Below are positions 40,051 to 50,606 of a stretch of DNA of 64,000 nt, one piece after another; position 1 is the stretch's first letter; every line of letters begins with the position of its first letter. This stretch comes from Candidatus Nomurabacteria bacterium (lineage in GTDB: Bacteria; Patescibacteriota; Minisyncoccia; Phycocordibacterales; UBA918). Made by a program: the position numbers and the translations under genes. Under the pieces are notes generated by a model, which was not told the origin of the DNA, did not search any database, and saw only the letters and a list, made by a program, of their open reading frames with translations. The DNA is taken from the NCBI GenBank assembly GCA_023898585.1, contig CP060229.1, positions 662,587-726,586 of the forward strand, read 5' to 3'.

Positions 40051-40500
40051 TTATAACGCGTAGAAATAGTCTTCAAAAACTTGTTGTAGTTTTTCTTGTA
40101 TATCTTCTCTGAAGTGTGGTTTTATGATTTGGATTTCATGACCGTTTAAACCGTAAGAAATCGCCTGGTCGTAACTAACCTCAAACCCATGTTCCTTTTT
40201 GACATCAAGCGGTGCGTGAACCAAGAGAGTTTTTCTTTCGGTGTTATTTTCGCTTACTATTAGCCAGGTGTAGGTTTGAGTTTCTTCTGTAACCGGCAGT
40301 CCGACCACGCTTCCTACGTCAATTGTTAAAAGTTGATTGTTCAAACGTTTGAGACGCAATTCCAACAACTGCTCATCAGTGTACGTAGGAAATTCTATTC
40401 GGTGTAGACCAGTTCCGTAAAAAATCAGTAGTACAAGGAAGATAATCAACAGCTTCCAAGCAAGCCCACGAAAAGATTCTTTGAAATTAATTTCGCTCAT
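40051..40500 (-). CDS. Membrane-anchored hypothetical protein
   Basis: N-terminal TM helix plus a ~120 aa extracytoplasmic domain. Confidence 0.4.
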   Translation of the reverse strand: MSEINFKESFRGLAWKLLIIFLVLLIFYGTGLHRIEFPTYTDEQLLELRLKRLNNQLLTIDVGSVVGLPVTEETQTYTWLIVSENNTERKTLLVHAPLDVKKEHGFEVSYDQAISYGLNGHEIQIIKPHFREDIQEKLQQVFEDYFYAL

Positions 40501-40597
40501 TGTTTTCTCCGGAAGGAAAATGACTAACTTTCTCTATAATACAATAATTATAGAGAAAGTCAAAAAGAAAAAACACCCCTGCATCCATACCGGGGTG

Positions 40598-41443
40598 TTA
40601 GCTTGTTTCGGAAGTTGTTTCCCTGGGGTCTACTGTCGTTGACTCAGGGAGAGTTTCCTCAGTACCTTTTTTAGTGACCCGATGATTTTTAATGGCCACA
40701 ATCGGCTTTCTCAATAGCTCGCGCTTCTGGTTGGCTACTTTGAGAATAACTCGTTTGGCTTGTCGTTTTTTAAGCAGGGCTACTCTTACTGGCCTTGATT
40801 TTCTGATATGTTCTGGTGCCTTGTTCCATAATCCTGGCAATAGTTTATTTTCAATCAATCCAGCAAACGTGCCGGAAAGGATTTTCGGACCAAGGGTTAA
40901 AAAGACAAATTTAACTCCTCGCCATAACCATTTGAAAATTGGCCAGGCCAAGAATACTGCTACTGTCCAAATCATATCCTCTTTGGTAGCTACGAACGGG
41001 AGACTGACCAGTACTAAAATTGCCGTCAAGGCAATTGCGGTAATGATTGTCTGTTGCCGTTCACTTTTGCCATTCCACCAAGTGGCTGGTCGCTCAAGAG
41101 TGTGGTGTTTAAAAGCTACCACGGCGGCCTCTTTACTGTTTAGTACAACTTGTTTTTCTTCCGCGTCTAGTAACCACCAAGCGGGTACAAACAGTAGCGC
41201 TCTAATCCAGCGCTTAGCAAATGCTCGCAACATCAGACGTGGTACAACTTCGGCTAACACCGCTCCCCAAGCAGGGATTGTCTTTGTCACAAACGACTTA
41301 AACAACGCTGGGGCTGAGACGATGTCCCAGTAATGATGAATGGTAAACGCTATTCCACCCAGTAAAAATATCAAGATGAGTATTTGTGGCTGAAGTAGCC
41401 AATTGACCACCCGCGACAGGAGGTCGACGATAACGCGTAGCAT
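40598..41443 (-). CDS. Polytopic membrane protein
   Basis: 281 aa, ~6 TM helices. Confidence 0.45.
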   Translation of the reverse strand: MLRVIVDLLSRVVNWLLQPQILILIFLLGGIAFTIHHYWDIVSAPALFKSFVTKTIPAWGAVLAEVVPRLMLRAFAKRWIRALLFVPAWWLLDAEEKQVVLNSKEAAVVAFKHHTLERPATWWNGKSERQQTIITAIALTAILVLVSLPFVATKEDMIWTVAVFLAWPIFKWLWRGVKFVFLTLGPKILSGTFAGLIENKLLPGLWNKAPEHIRKSRPVRVALLKKRQAKRVILKVANQKRELLRKPIVAIKNHRVTKKGTEETLPESTTVDPRETTSETS

Positions 41444-41624
41444 CGCAGATCCTCCCCGTAGGTTTTTAAAAAAGAACTTTTTTGATTATGGCATAAATAT
41501 CAAGACAGTGCAATAGTAGCGGTAAAGAGCTTCAAAATTTTGTCTTTGTATGTAAAAACCCTCCCAACGCAGGAAGCGAAGGGAGGGCGCCGTGTTGACT
41601 TGGTTGAAGGTTCAGGTCAGCCTG

Positions 41625-42110
41625 CTAGTCGTCAGAATCGTCCGGCTCTTCCTCGGTGCTGTAGAGACCGAGAGCCTTACGACGAACTAGCCGATGTCTT
41701 AGACTGTAGCCCATCACTAGTGACAGAACTGCAATACCCAGCCAGACTATCTGATTAGGGTTGTTGATATCGATGATATTGTAATAGAACAGACTCCAAA
41801 TTGTGGGGGCAACGAGTAGGAAAAGTGAGATTTTTCCTAGTATTCCCGTTGCCATGATGATGGCGCGCAGTCCTATAAGCCACCCCACCAACAGTATACC
41901 ACCCATGATCATCGGAATCGGTTGCCAGATATTTTCCAGGCCCTTGGCATAGGTGTAGTAGTTGTAGTTGGTAGGGTTGTAGGTGAGCGCAATGATCGTG
42001 GCTGCGATCAGTACACCCGGGAAGATTATCTGGAAATATTCCAGAGGATGTTTAAAGAAAAAACCGATGGTTGAACCAATGGTTGATCCTACTTTTTTCA
42101 CTGTTGTCAT
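41625..42110 (-). CDS. Membrane protein with acidic C-terminus
   Basis: 161 aa, 4 TM helices, ends EEEPDDSDD. Confidence 0.4.
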   Translation of the reverse strand: MTTVKKVGSTIGSTIGFFFKHPLEYFQIIFPGVLIAATIIALTYNPTNYNYYTYAKGLENIWQPIPMIMGGILLVGWLIGLRAIIMATGILGKISLFLLVAPTIWSLFYYNIIDINNPNQIVWLGIAVLSLVMGYSLRHRLVRRKALGLYSTEEEPDDSDD

Positions 42111-42206
42111 TTCACCCTTCTCCTTTTATTGAACAAGCCTTTCGGCTGGGGAACACATTTCAGCGACAACCGTAACATATTTTGTTAAAAAGTCAAACAA
42201 ATTCCG

Positions 42207-42236
42207 GACCACAAAAAAGCCGACTTTTTGGGTCGG
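42207..42236 (-). terminator. Rho-independent terminator (minus strand)
   Basis: agccgac-loop-gtcggct followed by tttttt on the minus strand. Confidence 0.55.
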
Positions 42237-42266
42237 CTCGAAGTACGAAAAGTTGTCTTTCTATGT

Positions 42267-42710
42267 TTACGCTTTTCTTTTTCTGTTTATCTGGCGGGTA
42301 CGTTGTCTTCTCCCGTTAGTGTCAATATGTTTATAGTAGGCAAGCAAATTTGGTCCATATGACCATGTACCAAATAACACTGTGAATACTATTACATTTG
42401 ACCAGGCAGCCCATGTTTCCGTCATTGCGACTGCGCTGTAAGTAAAGAACATTACGGATCCCAGTACCATGATAATGAGTATTACGAACCATCTCCAATT
42501 ACTCGCCGTCTTTATCCTTACGTTCCTGAAAACCAGAAAAGCGATTATTACCAACAAGACGAGCAGGATCCAAGTAGCAATCTCTCCGAGGCCGGTTTTC
42601 AATTGTGTGAAGAGTGACCATAATGGATTAAAAACCAACGTGAAGTAGATAGTGGATAAAATTAATCTGGCCACAAATCCTGCCCAAGAAGCTTTTTCTG
42701 TCTGATTCAT
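42267..42710 (-). CDS. Membrane protein
   Basis: 147 aa, 4 TM helices, basic C-terminus. Confidence 0.4.
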   Translation of the reverse strand: MNQTEKASWAGFVARLILSTIYFTLVFNPLWSLFTQLKTGLGEIATWILLVLLVIIAFLVFRNVRIKTASNWRWFVILIIMVLGSVMFFTYSAVAMTETWAAWSNVIVFTVLFGTWSYGPNLLAYYKHIDTNGRRQRTRQINRKRKA

Positions 42711-42967
42711 CTCTCGTATCCTTTGTGGGGTTGGTTGTGAAGAACTGCCCTGTAATACAGTACTAATGTCTTAAAGTCAACCTTTTAAGCAAAGAAAAAG
42801 CTTGTCTCTTAAATATCCAAGAGACAAGCTTCTGATAATTTTCTGTAGATGCAAATTGATTTAAAAGAGCCAGGCATCAAGTCTCTTCTTTGGTTTCGAA
42901 CCTCTGCCTGAGGTAAGAAATCCAGTTGGCGACAAGTTTCTTCGCCTTTCGGAGAGCGATGTGAATT

Positions 42968-43321
42968 TCAGTTATCGAGTCTCCGATTAGCAGGAAGAGG
43001 TACTTTCTGGCATCCTCTTTTTTTAAGAGTTTTGCAATTATCGGCCAACACCATGTCCACTGGCCTGTAGGCAGCTGTAAAGCTGTTGATCTCATCGTTT
43101 CCGATATAGTTCCAAAAGAGAAGGAATCTTACGAACCTCTCAACTATTGCCCCAGCGACGTGCTGAATAATGCTTACGGTGCGGACAGGAGCTACTAGTG
43201 CGCCTATGCCCAGAACGATAAGCTTGATTGAAGCAAGTAAAATCAGCTTAAGGAGCGGGGTTAACAGTGCAAGAAAACCAATTACTCCGAAATGATAAAC
43301 CAGCAGGATTGTTGCAGACAA
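42968..43321 (-). CDS. Membrane protein
   Basis: 117 aa, 2-3 TM helices. Confidence 0.35.
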   Translation of the reverse strand: MSATILLVYHFGVIGFLALLTPLLKLILLASIKLIVLGIGALVAPVRTVSIIQHVAGAIVERFVRFLLFWNYIGNDEINSFTAAYRPVDMVLADNCKTLKKRGCQKVPLPANRRLDN

Positions 43322-43572
43322 CGTGATTATGATCAGGACAAGTTTTTTCTGGACACGAGAGTCTCCTTATTAGAAAGGTATGTTATGTCGCCTAGCGACA
43401 GAAGTGTAAATTACTGCTGACGGGACAATAGCACAGCGAAAACCCATGTCAAATTGAATATATCTGGTATTTCTGTGATGAACAATTAAAAAAGGCCCTT
43501 ACTCTCGTGAGAGAGCAGGAGCCTTGTGAGTGGAGTGGGGCGATAAATCGCCCCACGGTTCTTTGGACTCGA

Positions 43573-44634
43573 TCAGTTGACTTTTCCGGCCAACTCCTCG
43601 ATTTTGGCCTTGGAGGCCTGGAGGATGCCGTTCAGCTTCTCTGCGCCGACGTCAGACACAGAGTCGAGGTAGTCACGCCAGGAGCTGAACTGCTCTACCA
43701 CCTTCTGCTTGAAGGAGTCGCCATCGATGCCGGAGGCACGCTGAATGGTTGCCTCGAGGCGGCGCTTGTCACGCGACTGGTCTTCGGTCAGCATGGCTGG
43801 ATTACCCGTGATCAGCTGTACCTGGGTACAGGCGGTCTCGTGGTACTTGGCCTTCTCGCCGAAGCCGCCCCAAGTCGAGTTGGATACCTTCAGCCGCTTG
43901 AAGCGGTAGACGTCTTCGATGTCGAAATCGATGACCGGCACCAACGTCAGGCCGTTGTCGTTGATCATCTGGAACACCTTGTTCTCCGGATCCGGTCGCA
44001 TGACGAAGAAGCCGAAGTTGGTGTTGCCGTTGATGACCGACTGGACGATGTTGCTGGAGCTGCCAACGCTCGAGACCTCAGCGTCCTTCAGGGCCGGATA
44101 GCGGTCCATCAGTACCTTGGTCAGCGTGCCGAACGAGCCGGACTGTTCTCCACCAGTGGCGATCTTGATGTCCCAGGCGTTTTCGAGCACGTGTCCCCAT
44201 GTCTCGTAGTGCGGTGACTTGGTCACCATGTAGAGGCACTCGTCGGCGATGTCGTCCTGGACTGGCGTGAACTGATAGGTCCACGTCGTGCCCGGAATCG
44301 ACTGTCCGTTGAGGGCTTGCAGGATGTCGGCTTGGCCGAGCGCCAGGTGGGTCGGATTGACCGTGACCTTCATGGCGTTCATGACCGTGCCTTCCGACGG
44401 GCCACCCCATTGGTAGCCGGCCAGGCGTTCACTGGCGAGTTCGTTGATCACGACCGGTACGATCTTGCCGGAGTAGGAAGAGGTTTCCTTGGCTCCACCG
44501 CCCCAGACGACTTTTTTGTCGGAACTCACGTGCTCCTTGAGAGATGCGGGAACCGCACCTTCGTTGGCTGCCATAGTGAGACCCGGAGCAGAGATGACGG
44601 CTACAATGGCGATCGAGATGATTGTTTTCCGCAT
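43573..44634 (-). CDS. Periplasmic solute-binding-protein-like lipo/secreted protein (TAXI/TctC-like fold) encoded in a GC-rich insert
   Basis: Signal peptide MRKTIISIAIVAVISAPGLTMA, 353 aa, GC ~58% against ~40% flanks. No cognate permease or ATPase is adjacent. Confidence 0.5.
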   Translation of the reverse strand: MRKTIISIAIVAVISAPGLTMAANEGAVPASLKEHVSSDKKVVWGGGAKETSSYSGKIVPVVINELASERLAGYQWGGPSEGTVMNAMKVTVNPTHLALGQADILQALNGQSIPGTTWTYQFTPVQDDIADECLYMVTKSPHYETWGHVLENAWDIKIATGGEQSGSFGTLTKVLMDRYPALKDAEVSSVGSSSNIVQSVINGNTNFGFFVMRPDPENKVFQMINDNGLTLVPVIDFDIEDVYRFKRLKVSNSTWGGFGEKAKYHETACTQVQLITGNPAMLTEDQSRDKRRLEATIQRASGIDGDSFKQKVVEQFSSWRDYLDSVSDVGAEKLNGILQASKAKIEELAGKVN

Positions 44635-44921
44635 TATATTTTCTCCTATGTTGCGGTTGGTTATTGGTACTGTTTTCGAAAACAGCTTGAGTCCAAAAAT
44701 TTCGAAGAGCTCAAACCTGAGCGAAACCCTAGCATACTTCTGAAAAAAGTCAACAGCTAAAAGTGGGTTGTCGAGGAGAAGAGCAGGGTCAAAAAGATTC
44801 TAAATCATTGACATAACCAATATAAATGGTATGGTCTTACTCAGAATTTTGTTTTGTTGAAAATTATTGTTTGTTCAAACTAACCAAACTTAAAACCTAA
44901 TAAACGAAGACGAGGAGAGCT

Positions 44922-46043
44922 GTGATGACAGTTCAAGATGCTGAGGTATTAGAAGGAGTTGCGGAAAAATCCGTAAAAAAAGTATCATGGAAGAAAGCGC
45001 GTCGTTTCTACGTCGCGATAGTAATCGCTGTAACCCTCTCGGTAATGTCAAAACACGGATTGCAGTGGAGCGTTCTATTGCTTCTGCTGACCCTTCCGTA
45101 TTTCTCTGCATTCTGGAAGTGGTGCACAAATGTTTTTCCATTGGTGGCCAAAATTTTGGTCTTCGGTCTGGGGTCTGTCGCCTTTCCTTCCACGATTCCA
45201 AGGTGGTTACAGACTGTACATATGCGCCAGTCTGGGACGTGGGAAGAGGATGTTGTGCCTGATTTGGGTGCGAGAAAGTATCTACTTCTAATGTTTTGGA
45301 AGAACCTGACAGGTTTACCCGACGCCTTAGTATCGTTCCTGCCTGAGCCGGTTGACCAGCTTAGCCGAAAGGGTCACATATTGCTCTGGTGCTTTATTGT
45401 TGGTCTCGCTATGGCTGAGCTGTATGGAACGTTTTTGCTTTGGGTTCACATGGTCAAAATCTACGAAAGTGTAGTTCCTGATGCCGAACAGGTCCTTGTT
45501 TCTGCTTATGATGTTGTTTCCGGAGTGGTGGGGTTTGATGTCTTTGCGGCAGTTTGGTCATTTCTTGGTTTTGTTTGGAGAGTGGTCATTTTTCTGGCTT
45601 GGATGATACCGGAAGCAGGCATTCGTTTTTTTCTTTTGTTGTCTGCCACCCTCGGTTTTGAAAAGTTGCATGCAAAAAGTATCAAGTTCCAAAGATGGTG
45701 GTATCGAGTGAAGTGGTGGATGCGGGCGCGGTGGCGGTTAAATAAGAGAAGGGCGTTGTACTTTTTATCGCGCATCCCGCGTGTCAAAAGAGCTCTGATC
45801 TATCTGCTAGTTGCTCCGGCGACAATCATTATTACGGTGCCCTTCTATATCTATGACGGTTTAAGATTGTTTTTGTGGAAGAAGGTGGCCGTTTTCACCA
45901 ACCAGACTGTTTTGAAGAAGCTTCATAAGTCTGGTCTGGTAGGACATGTGGCAAGAATGATCAGGTACCACACACTAAGAACTAAGCGTCGGTATCGGAA
46001 CATGATGCGACGTCGAGCGCGCAAACGGATGGCCGAAACATAA
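44922..46043 (+). CDS. Polytopic membrane protein with Arg-rich C-terminal tail
   Basis: 373 aa, ~8 TM helices, C-terminus RRYRNMMRRRARKRMAET. Confidence 0.45.
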   Translation: MMTVQDAEVLEGVAEKSVKKVSWKKARRFYVAIVIAVTLSVMSKHGLQWSVLLLLLTLPYFSAFWKWCTNVFPLVAKILVFGLGSVAFPSTIPRWLQTVHMRQSGTWEEDVVPDLGARKYLLLMFWKNLTGLPDALVSFLPEPVDQLSRKGHILLWCFIVGLAMAELYGTFLLWVHMVKIYESVVPDAEQVLVSAYDVVSGVVGFDVFAAVWSFLGFVWRVVIFLAWMIPEAGIRFFLLLSATLGFEKLHAKSIKFQRWWYRVKWWMRARWRLNKRRALYFLSRIPRVKRALIYLLVAPATIIITVPFYIYDGLRLFLWKKVAVFTNQTVLKKLHKSGLVGHVARMIRYHTLRTKRRYRNMMRRRARKRMAET

Positions 46044-46207
46044 GTACATTAACCTTCCTTATAAAAGGAGGTAAACAAAACCCGTAGTCAGGGAAAGACT
46101 ACGGGTTTTAAAATTATTGCTCACATAACAAATGCTGGTTGTTTTGGTAAACAAAAAAGCCCGGGGTTATTTCCGGGCTCTTGTTGTTTCTTAACAACTA
46201 GGCTTGC

Positions 46208-46870
46208 CTAGGCGGGTAATAACCGGTCGGCGAGCGTATATCCTTTTTTCTCAGTAGCTTCGAACTCTTTGGTAAACTCAGAGTAGCCGGCCCCCATAGA
46301 GATGATTGATCTCATGAAGTCGACCGGTGACACCTTCGGAAGTTCGAAAATATTTACGTTATCTACTGCAAATATCATTCCGTTGGTTGGGCTTGGTGAT
46401 GTGGGTACAAAAACTGTGCTTACTGAATCGTCGGTAGAGGTCAGGTATCCGAGGCGAATGTGTCCGTTCTGACGAAAACCGACAACTAAATCGAGCGGCA
46501 TCTCGTCTTTCCCTAGGAATTGGAGCATGGTCTCCCGTATTGCCTTGTAAACAGGGCCAATTCCGGGGAGTTCTCTCAGGACTCCGTCAATCACTGCGTG
46601 GAGTCTGTTTACCACTACGATACGGAGCAACAGTCCGGTGATGAAAAATATTGCCAGAACAACGGTAACCGACAGAATGGTTAGCCAGTTCTCTCCGAGT
46701 GTCACGTAGTTCAGAAAGACCTGGTTTAAAAGAGACATCATGTTTTTTGTTACCCCGAACAGCCAGTAGAAAAACGCTATTGCTCCGGCTATCGGTATGA
46801 TTGCGATTGCGCCAGTAAGGGTGTCTTTCTTTATGTGGCCAAAGAGGTCGTTAAGGTGTTTCGCCATCAT
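46208..46870 (-). CDS. DUF502-family membrane protein
   Basis: GPVYKAI...VFVPTSPSPTNG motifs. The start is trimmed to MMAKHL. Confidence 0.65.
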   Translation of the reverse strand: MMAKHLNDLFGHIKKDTLTGAIAIIPIAGAIAFFYWLFGVTKNMMSLLNQVFLNYVTLGENWLTILSVTVVLAIFFITGLLLRIVVVNRLHAVIDGVLRELPGIGPVYKAIRETMLQFLGKDEMPLDLVVGFRQNGHIRLGYLTSTDDSVSTVFVPTSPSPTNGMIFAVDNVNIFELPKVSPVDFMRSIISMGAGYSEFTKEFEATEKKGYTLADRLLPA

Positions 46871-47067
46871 TTTCTCCCAGTTTTGTCCGAGCTCAAAAGA
46901 GCAAAAAGTAAGATATACAAATATACAACTGCGGAAACAATACAAAAAAAATATGTTATGTCAAGCATCATGTTGACATTTCTAAAAATCAGTGTACTTT
47001 TTTAGTAGCTAGCAAATTAAAAAGTAATAGTTTCCAACTAAACATCACTTTATTTAGGAGAAGAACG

Positions 47068-48060
47068 ATGCAAGAGGAAGTTAAGAGTTCAGGGCTTCAG
47101 GATTTTTTGAGGAACACCGGTTTTATCAGTTGGTGGACTGGGCAGGTTGATTCACCTGACACCGTCATCGGTAAAACGGTGGCGTGGATCAAGGAATTCA
47201 AACTGATTATCATGATCGTCGTGGCCGGAATAGTGGGTTGGCTACTGTGGCATTACCGGACTGAGATCATTGAGTTTACTGCCTGGACAACAGTCGTTTT
47301 GACAGTCGCCATGGCAGTCAGCTGGTATTTCGGGCGGGGTACCAGGTTCTACAATCTGGTCATCGACAAGATTAGTTCGGTGCTTAGGTTGCAGGAGGTG
47401 AGAGAGGTCATGCATCGCAATCGAGGCTGGCTTTATCTTGGTGTGGCTTGGTTCGCCTTTGTTTTGGTGGCGACCCTGTACTTATTTTTCCACCAGGATA
47501 ACCTCACCGGAATCCTTACAGTAATCGGCGGACTCGGCATACCATCGTCACTAGGTTTGATGCTACGTAGCGAAGGATTCAAGAAAAAAGCTCTGGCTTT
47601 TGGGCTGGTTCTATTATCTTTCTCTGTCATAGCGGCCAAACCGATGTGGGTCTATGAGATCAGCTCTCAGACGTCGTGCGAAGTCATCAGTGATTATGAC
47701 GATAAAGGCGATGATACGAGAGTTACTGTCAATACGGAGTACAGTTATGTGCTCGACCCATCTTGGTTTGAGTTTGGTGCCATTCGAAAGGGTTTCAGCA
47801 ACGAAGCCTTCGACGCTGACGAACTTTTCTGGACCCGGTTTACTGATCCTCGTTCTCGAATGGGGGGAGTTGCCAGTGCTGGTGGGGGAAACCATAAGTC
47901 CGTATGCCTACTTCAAGTTGCCGGTCGTCATGTATCGAGTACCGAACTCGGCACACATAGGCGGTACATAACCCACACACCGGAGTGTGCGCCGATCGAG
48001 GAGGTGCGGGCTGGAAGAGCACTACCGCAGTGCAGTGGTATGAAGTTGCCACAAATTTGA
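47068..48060 (+). CDS. Membrane-associated hypothetical protein
   Basis: 330 aa, 5 TM helices in the N-terminal half. Confidence 0.4.
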   Translation: MQEEVKSSGLQDFLRNTGFISWWTGQVDSPDTVIGKTVAWIKEFKLIIMIVVAGIVGWLLWHYRTEIIEFTAWTTVVLTVAMAVSWYFGRGTRFYNLVIDKISSVLRLQEVREVMHRNRGWLYLGVAWFAFVLVATLYLFFHQDNLTGILTVIGGLGIPSSLGLMLRSEGFKKKALAFGLVLLSFSVIAAKPMWVYEISSQTSCEVISDYDDKGDDTRVTVNTEYSYVLDPSWFEFGAIRKGFSNEAFDADELFWTRFTDPRSRMGGVASAGGGNHKSVCLLQVAGRHVSSTELGTHRRYITHTPECAPIEEVRAGRALPQCSGMKLPQI

Positions 48061-48267
48061 AATGTTCGTTAATTGACTGAACTAAGAAGTTTCGAAATAC
48101 TCTGAGGTGGAGGCTCAGGGAGGGCGCGCTTGCGATAGCTTGCGCGCCTTTGTTTATTCGTAAAAATACTTCGCAGCTCTGCTGCGGGGTAGTTCATTAA
48201 ATCGTATGTTACGCGCCCTGTGTCTGGCTGTCGACTCACATGTCTGGTTTGTCGTCGATGATTGGTT

Positions 48268-50208
48268 CTACGTGTAGTGATTATTCCAAAATAATAAACG
48301 TAGGCCGTTCGCGACCACAAGCAGAGTGCCTCCTTCGTGACCAATCACGCCAAGGGGAAGTGGGAGGTGGAAAAAGATGGTCGTAACAACCATGATTGAA
48401 AGGATGCCGATAGCAAAGACTAAATTTTGCTTGATTATTCGGTTGGCTTTTTGGGATAGTTGATAGGCAGACAAAAACTTACGCATATCTTCCGATAGGA
48501 GTGCAACATCGGATGCTTCGAGAGCCACGTCAGTTCCCGCTCCGCCCATGGCTATTCCAACGTGAGAAGTTACTAAAGCGGCGGCATCATTGACACCATC
48601 ACCCACAAAAGCCACCACCCCTTCTTCGCGTAATTTTTTTACTATAGAAACCTTATCTTCCGGCAAGAGTCCGGTATATATGTCGTCGGGTGAAATTCCC
48701 AGTTCCTTACCGATCGATTGTGCTACCGAATCGTGATCACCAGTTAACATAACTATCTTTTTAACCCCCGCCTTGCGCATCTTCATCAATGTCTCCTTGG
48801 CTGTGTCACGGATGGTGTCAGCGATACCAATAAAACCAAATATCTCAGAATCATTTCCGACTATAATAGCTGTTCTACCTTTCGCCTCCAGTTCTGTAAG
48901 TTTTTCACTGGCCACTGTATCGAGAGTTAAGCCAGAGTCAGACAACATTTTTCGGTTACCGGCCCAGTAGGTGACCCCGTCTATTTTAGCGGTCAAGCCC
49001 TTGCCGGGAACGGATTTGGTTGAATGTGCGCCGTTCTGTTGGATACCTTTTGAAGTCGCGTATTCAATTATGCTACGAGCAAGCGGATGCTCAGAATGAG
49101 ACTCAAGCGAGGAGGCAATTTGTAAAAACTCATGTTCAGGTAAGTGTAAAGGAATTACATCTGTGACATGCATTTTACCCTCAGTTAAAGTGCCGGTTTT
49201 GTCGAAAGCGATAATGTCGACAGTACCGAATTCTTCCAGTGACGCACCACCTTTAAACAGCACCCCGGCCTTAGCTGCGCTTGCTAGAGCGGAAAGAATC
49301 GCAGCCGGTACGCTGATGACGATGGCACACGGACTAGCTACCACCAAGAGAGTAGCTGCCTTGTACAAGGCTTCGCTCACTGGTGTCCCGATTAGGATAA
49401 ATACTACGAGAGCCAAAATACTACCCAGTAAGACTACAATGGTATATCGTGAACCAAACCATTCGCTGAATCTCTCGCTAGGAGAGCGCTCGGCACGAGC
49501 GGAAGTGACCAGGTCGATCATTCTTGCCAAGGTGGATTGATTAGCAAGCTTTTGAACTGTGACTTTTAGTGTGTGGTGTCCGTTAACTGATCCGGCAAAA
49601 ACGCTGTCGCCGGTACTTTTATCTACCGGGATGGATTCTCCCGTCACCGGTGATTGATCAATAGCGCTTTCCCCATGAGTAATCATTCCATCAACCGGTA
49701 TTCTTTCCCCGGCCTTCACGACTACTGTTTGACCGATGGTCAGATTTTCGACTTTTACTCGTTGCAACTGCCCGTCAGTTTTTTCCAGGTTTGCCTCATC
49801 GGGTCGTATCTGCATCAAAGCGACCACAGCACGTTTGGTGTTTCCCATGGCATAGCCTTCCAGTGTTCCAGCCAAACTGAATAAAAGTAACAAAATTGCG
49901 CCGTCTCTAACCTCGCCAACACCGGCTGCTGCGAGAGCTGCCAGCACCATAAGAAGATCAATATCGAGATGACCCTTCGCCAGATTTCGTACAGCACCTG
50001 TAGCCGCAGGTAAGCCCCCAGTTAAGTAGGTCACAAAAAAAGCAAGACCAATGGCTATTGTTGAACCATCTATTATCTGAAGTGTTACTCCGGTTGCGAA
50101 ACCGATAAAAGTCAGTAGCGTCAGAAACACCTCAGTTCGTAACTCTTTTCTTTCTTTGTTCAACTCTTCGGCCAGTCTCTCTGCGGGACTGCATGCGGTA
50201 TTACACAT
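48268..50208 (-). CDS. P1B-type heavy-metal translocating ATPase
   Basis: DKTGTLT phosphorylation site, GDGVNDAAAL, TGDH and membrane CPC-type helices. A CNTAC N-terminal motif replaces a canonical HMA domain. Confidence 0.85.
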   Translation of the reverse strand: MCNTACSPAERLAEELNKERKELRTEVFLTLLTFIGFATGVTLQIIDGSTIAIGLAFFVTYLTGGLPAATGAVRNLAKGHLDIDLLMVLAALAAAGVGEVRDGAILLLLFSLAGTLEGYAMGNTKRAVVALMQIRPDEANLEKTDGQLQRVKVENLTIGQTVVVKAGERIPVDGMITHGESAIDQSPVTGESIPVDKSTGDSVFAGSVNGHHTLKVTVQKLANQSTLARMIDLVTSARAERSPSERFSEWFGSRYTIVVLLGSILALVVFILIGTPVSEALYKAATLLVVASPCAIVISVPAAILSALASAAKAGVLFKGGASLEEFGTVDIIAFDKTGTLTEGKMHVTDVIPLHLPEHEFLQIASSLESHSEHPLARSIIEYATSKGIQQNGAHSTKSVPGKGLTAKIDGVTYWAGNRKMLSDSGLTLDTVASEKLTELEAKGRTAIIVGNDSEIFGFIGIADTIRDTAKETLMKMRKAGVKKIVMLTGDHDSVAQSIGKELGISPDDIYTGLLPEDKVSIVKKLREEGVVAFVGDGVNDAAALVTSHVGIAMGGAGTDVALEASDVALLSEDMRKFLSAYQLSQKANRIIKQNLVFAIGILSIMVVTTIFFHLPLPLGVIGHEGGTLLVVANGLRLLFWNNHYT

Positions 50209-50295
50209 TATGTTTATGATACCGCATTTTCAGTATAAGCGCGAAAAAGATCTCTTTTTTGGATTAATCGGCAGAGGATCTGCTAGAATGTATGG

Positions 50296-50544
50296 ATGAT
50301 GAAGAAAATCGCCTCCGGAGTTGTTCATAATGTGCCTGCGGATTTGAAAAAGAGTCTTCGGTGCTCGCCTGCATTGTTTGAAATTTGGAACGGTCTAACT
50401 CCGCTGGCTCGTAATGAATGGATTTGTTGGGTTATTTCTGTTAAAAAGCCGGAAACGAGAGTAAAGCATATCGAACGTCTTTGTTCAGACCTGATCAAAG
50501 GTAAACGGCGACCCTGCTGTTGGCCCAGGTGTCCACATCGTTAA
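50296..50544 (+). CDS. YdeI/OmdA-family protein (DUF1905-associated domain)
   Basis: NEWICWVISVKKPETRVKHIERLCSDL pattern. Confidence 0.55.
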   Translation: MMKKIASGVVHNVPADLKKSLRCSPALFEIWNGLTPLARNEWICWVISVKKPETRVKHIERLCSDLIKGKRRPCCWPRCPHR

Positions 50545-50606
50545 GAGACCGATGTCTTCAATAAGAGATAGAACAAAATCATCCCCACTTACTTTTATCT
50601 TATTTT

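Noticed and set aside
43507-44760. Long ORFs on the plus strand (43507-44217, 43919-44101, 44317-44760, 44489-44743) and at 44078-44410 on the minus strand
   Set aside because: They lie antisense or out of frame to the GC-rich SBP gene. High GC suppresses stop codons, which inflates random ORFs. They have no motifs and no RBS.
48069-48344. Minus-strand ORF 48069-48344 and the nested ORFs 47433-47639, 47614-47895, 47840-48052
   Set aside because: They overlap the 3' end of the 47068-48060 gene and the P-type ATPase stop. Arg-rich junk translation.
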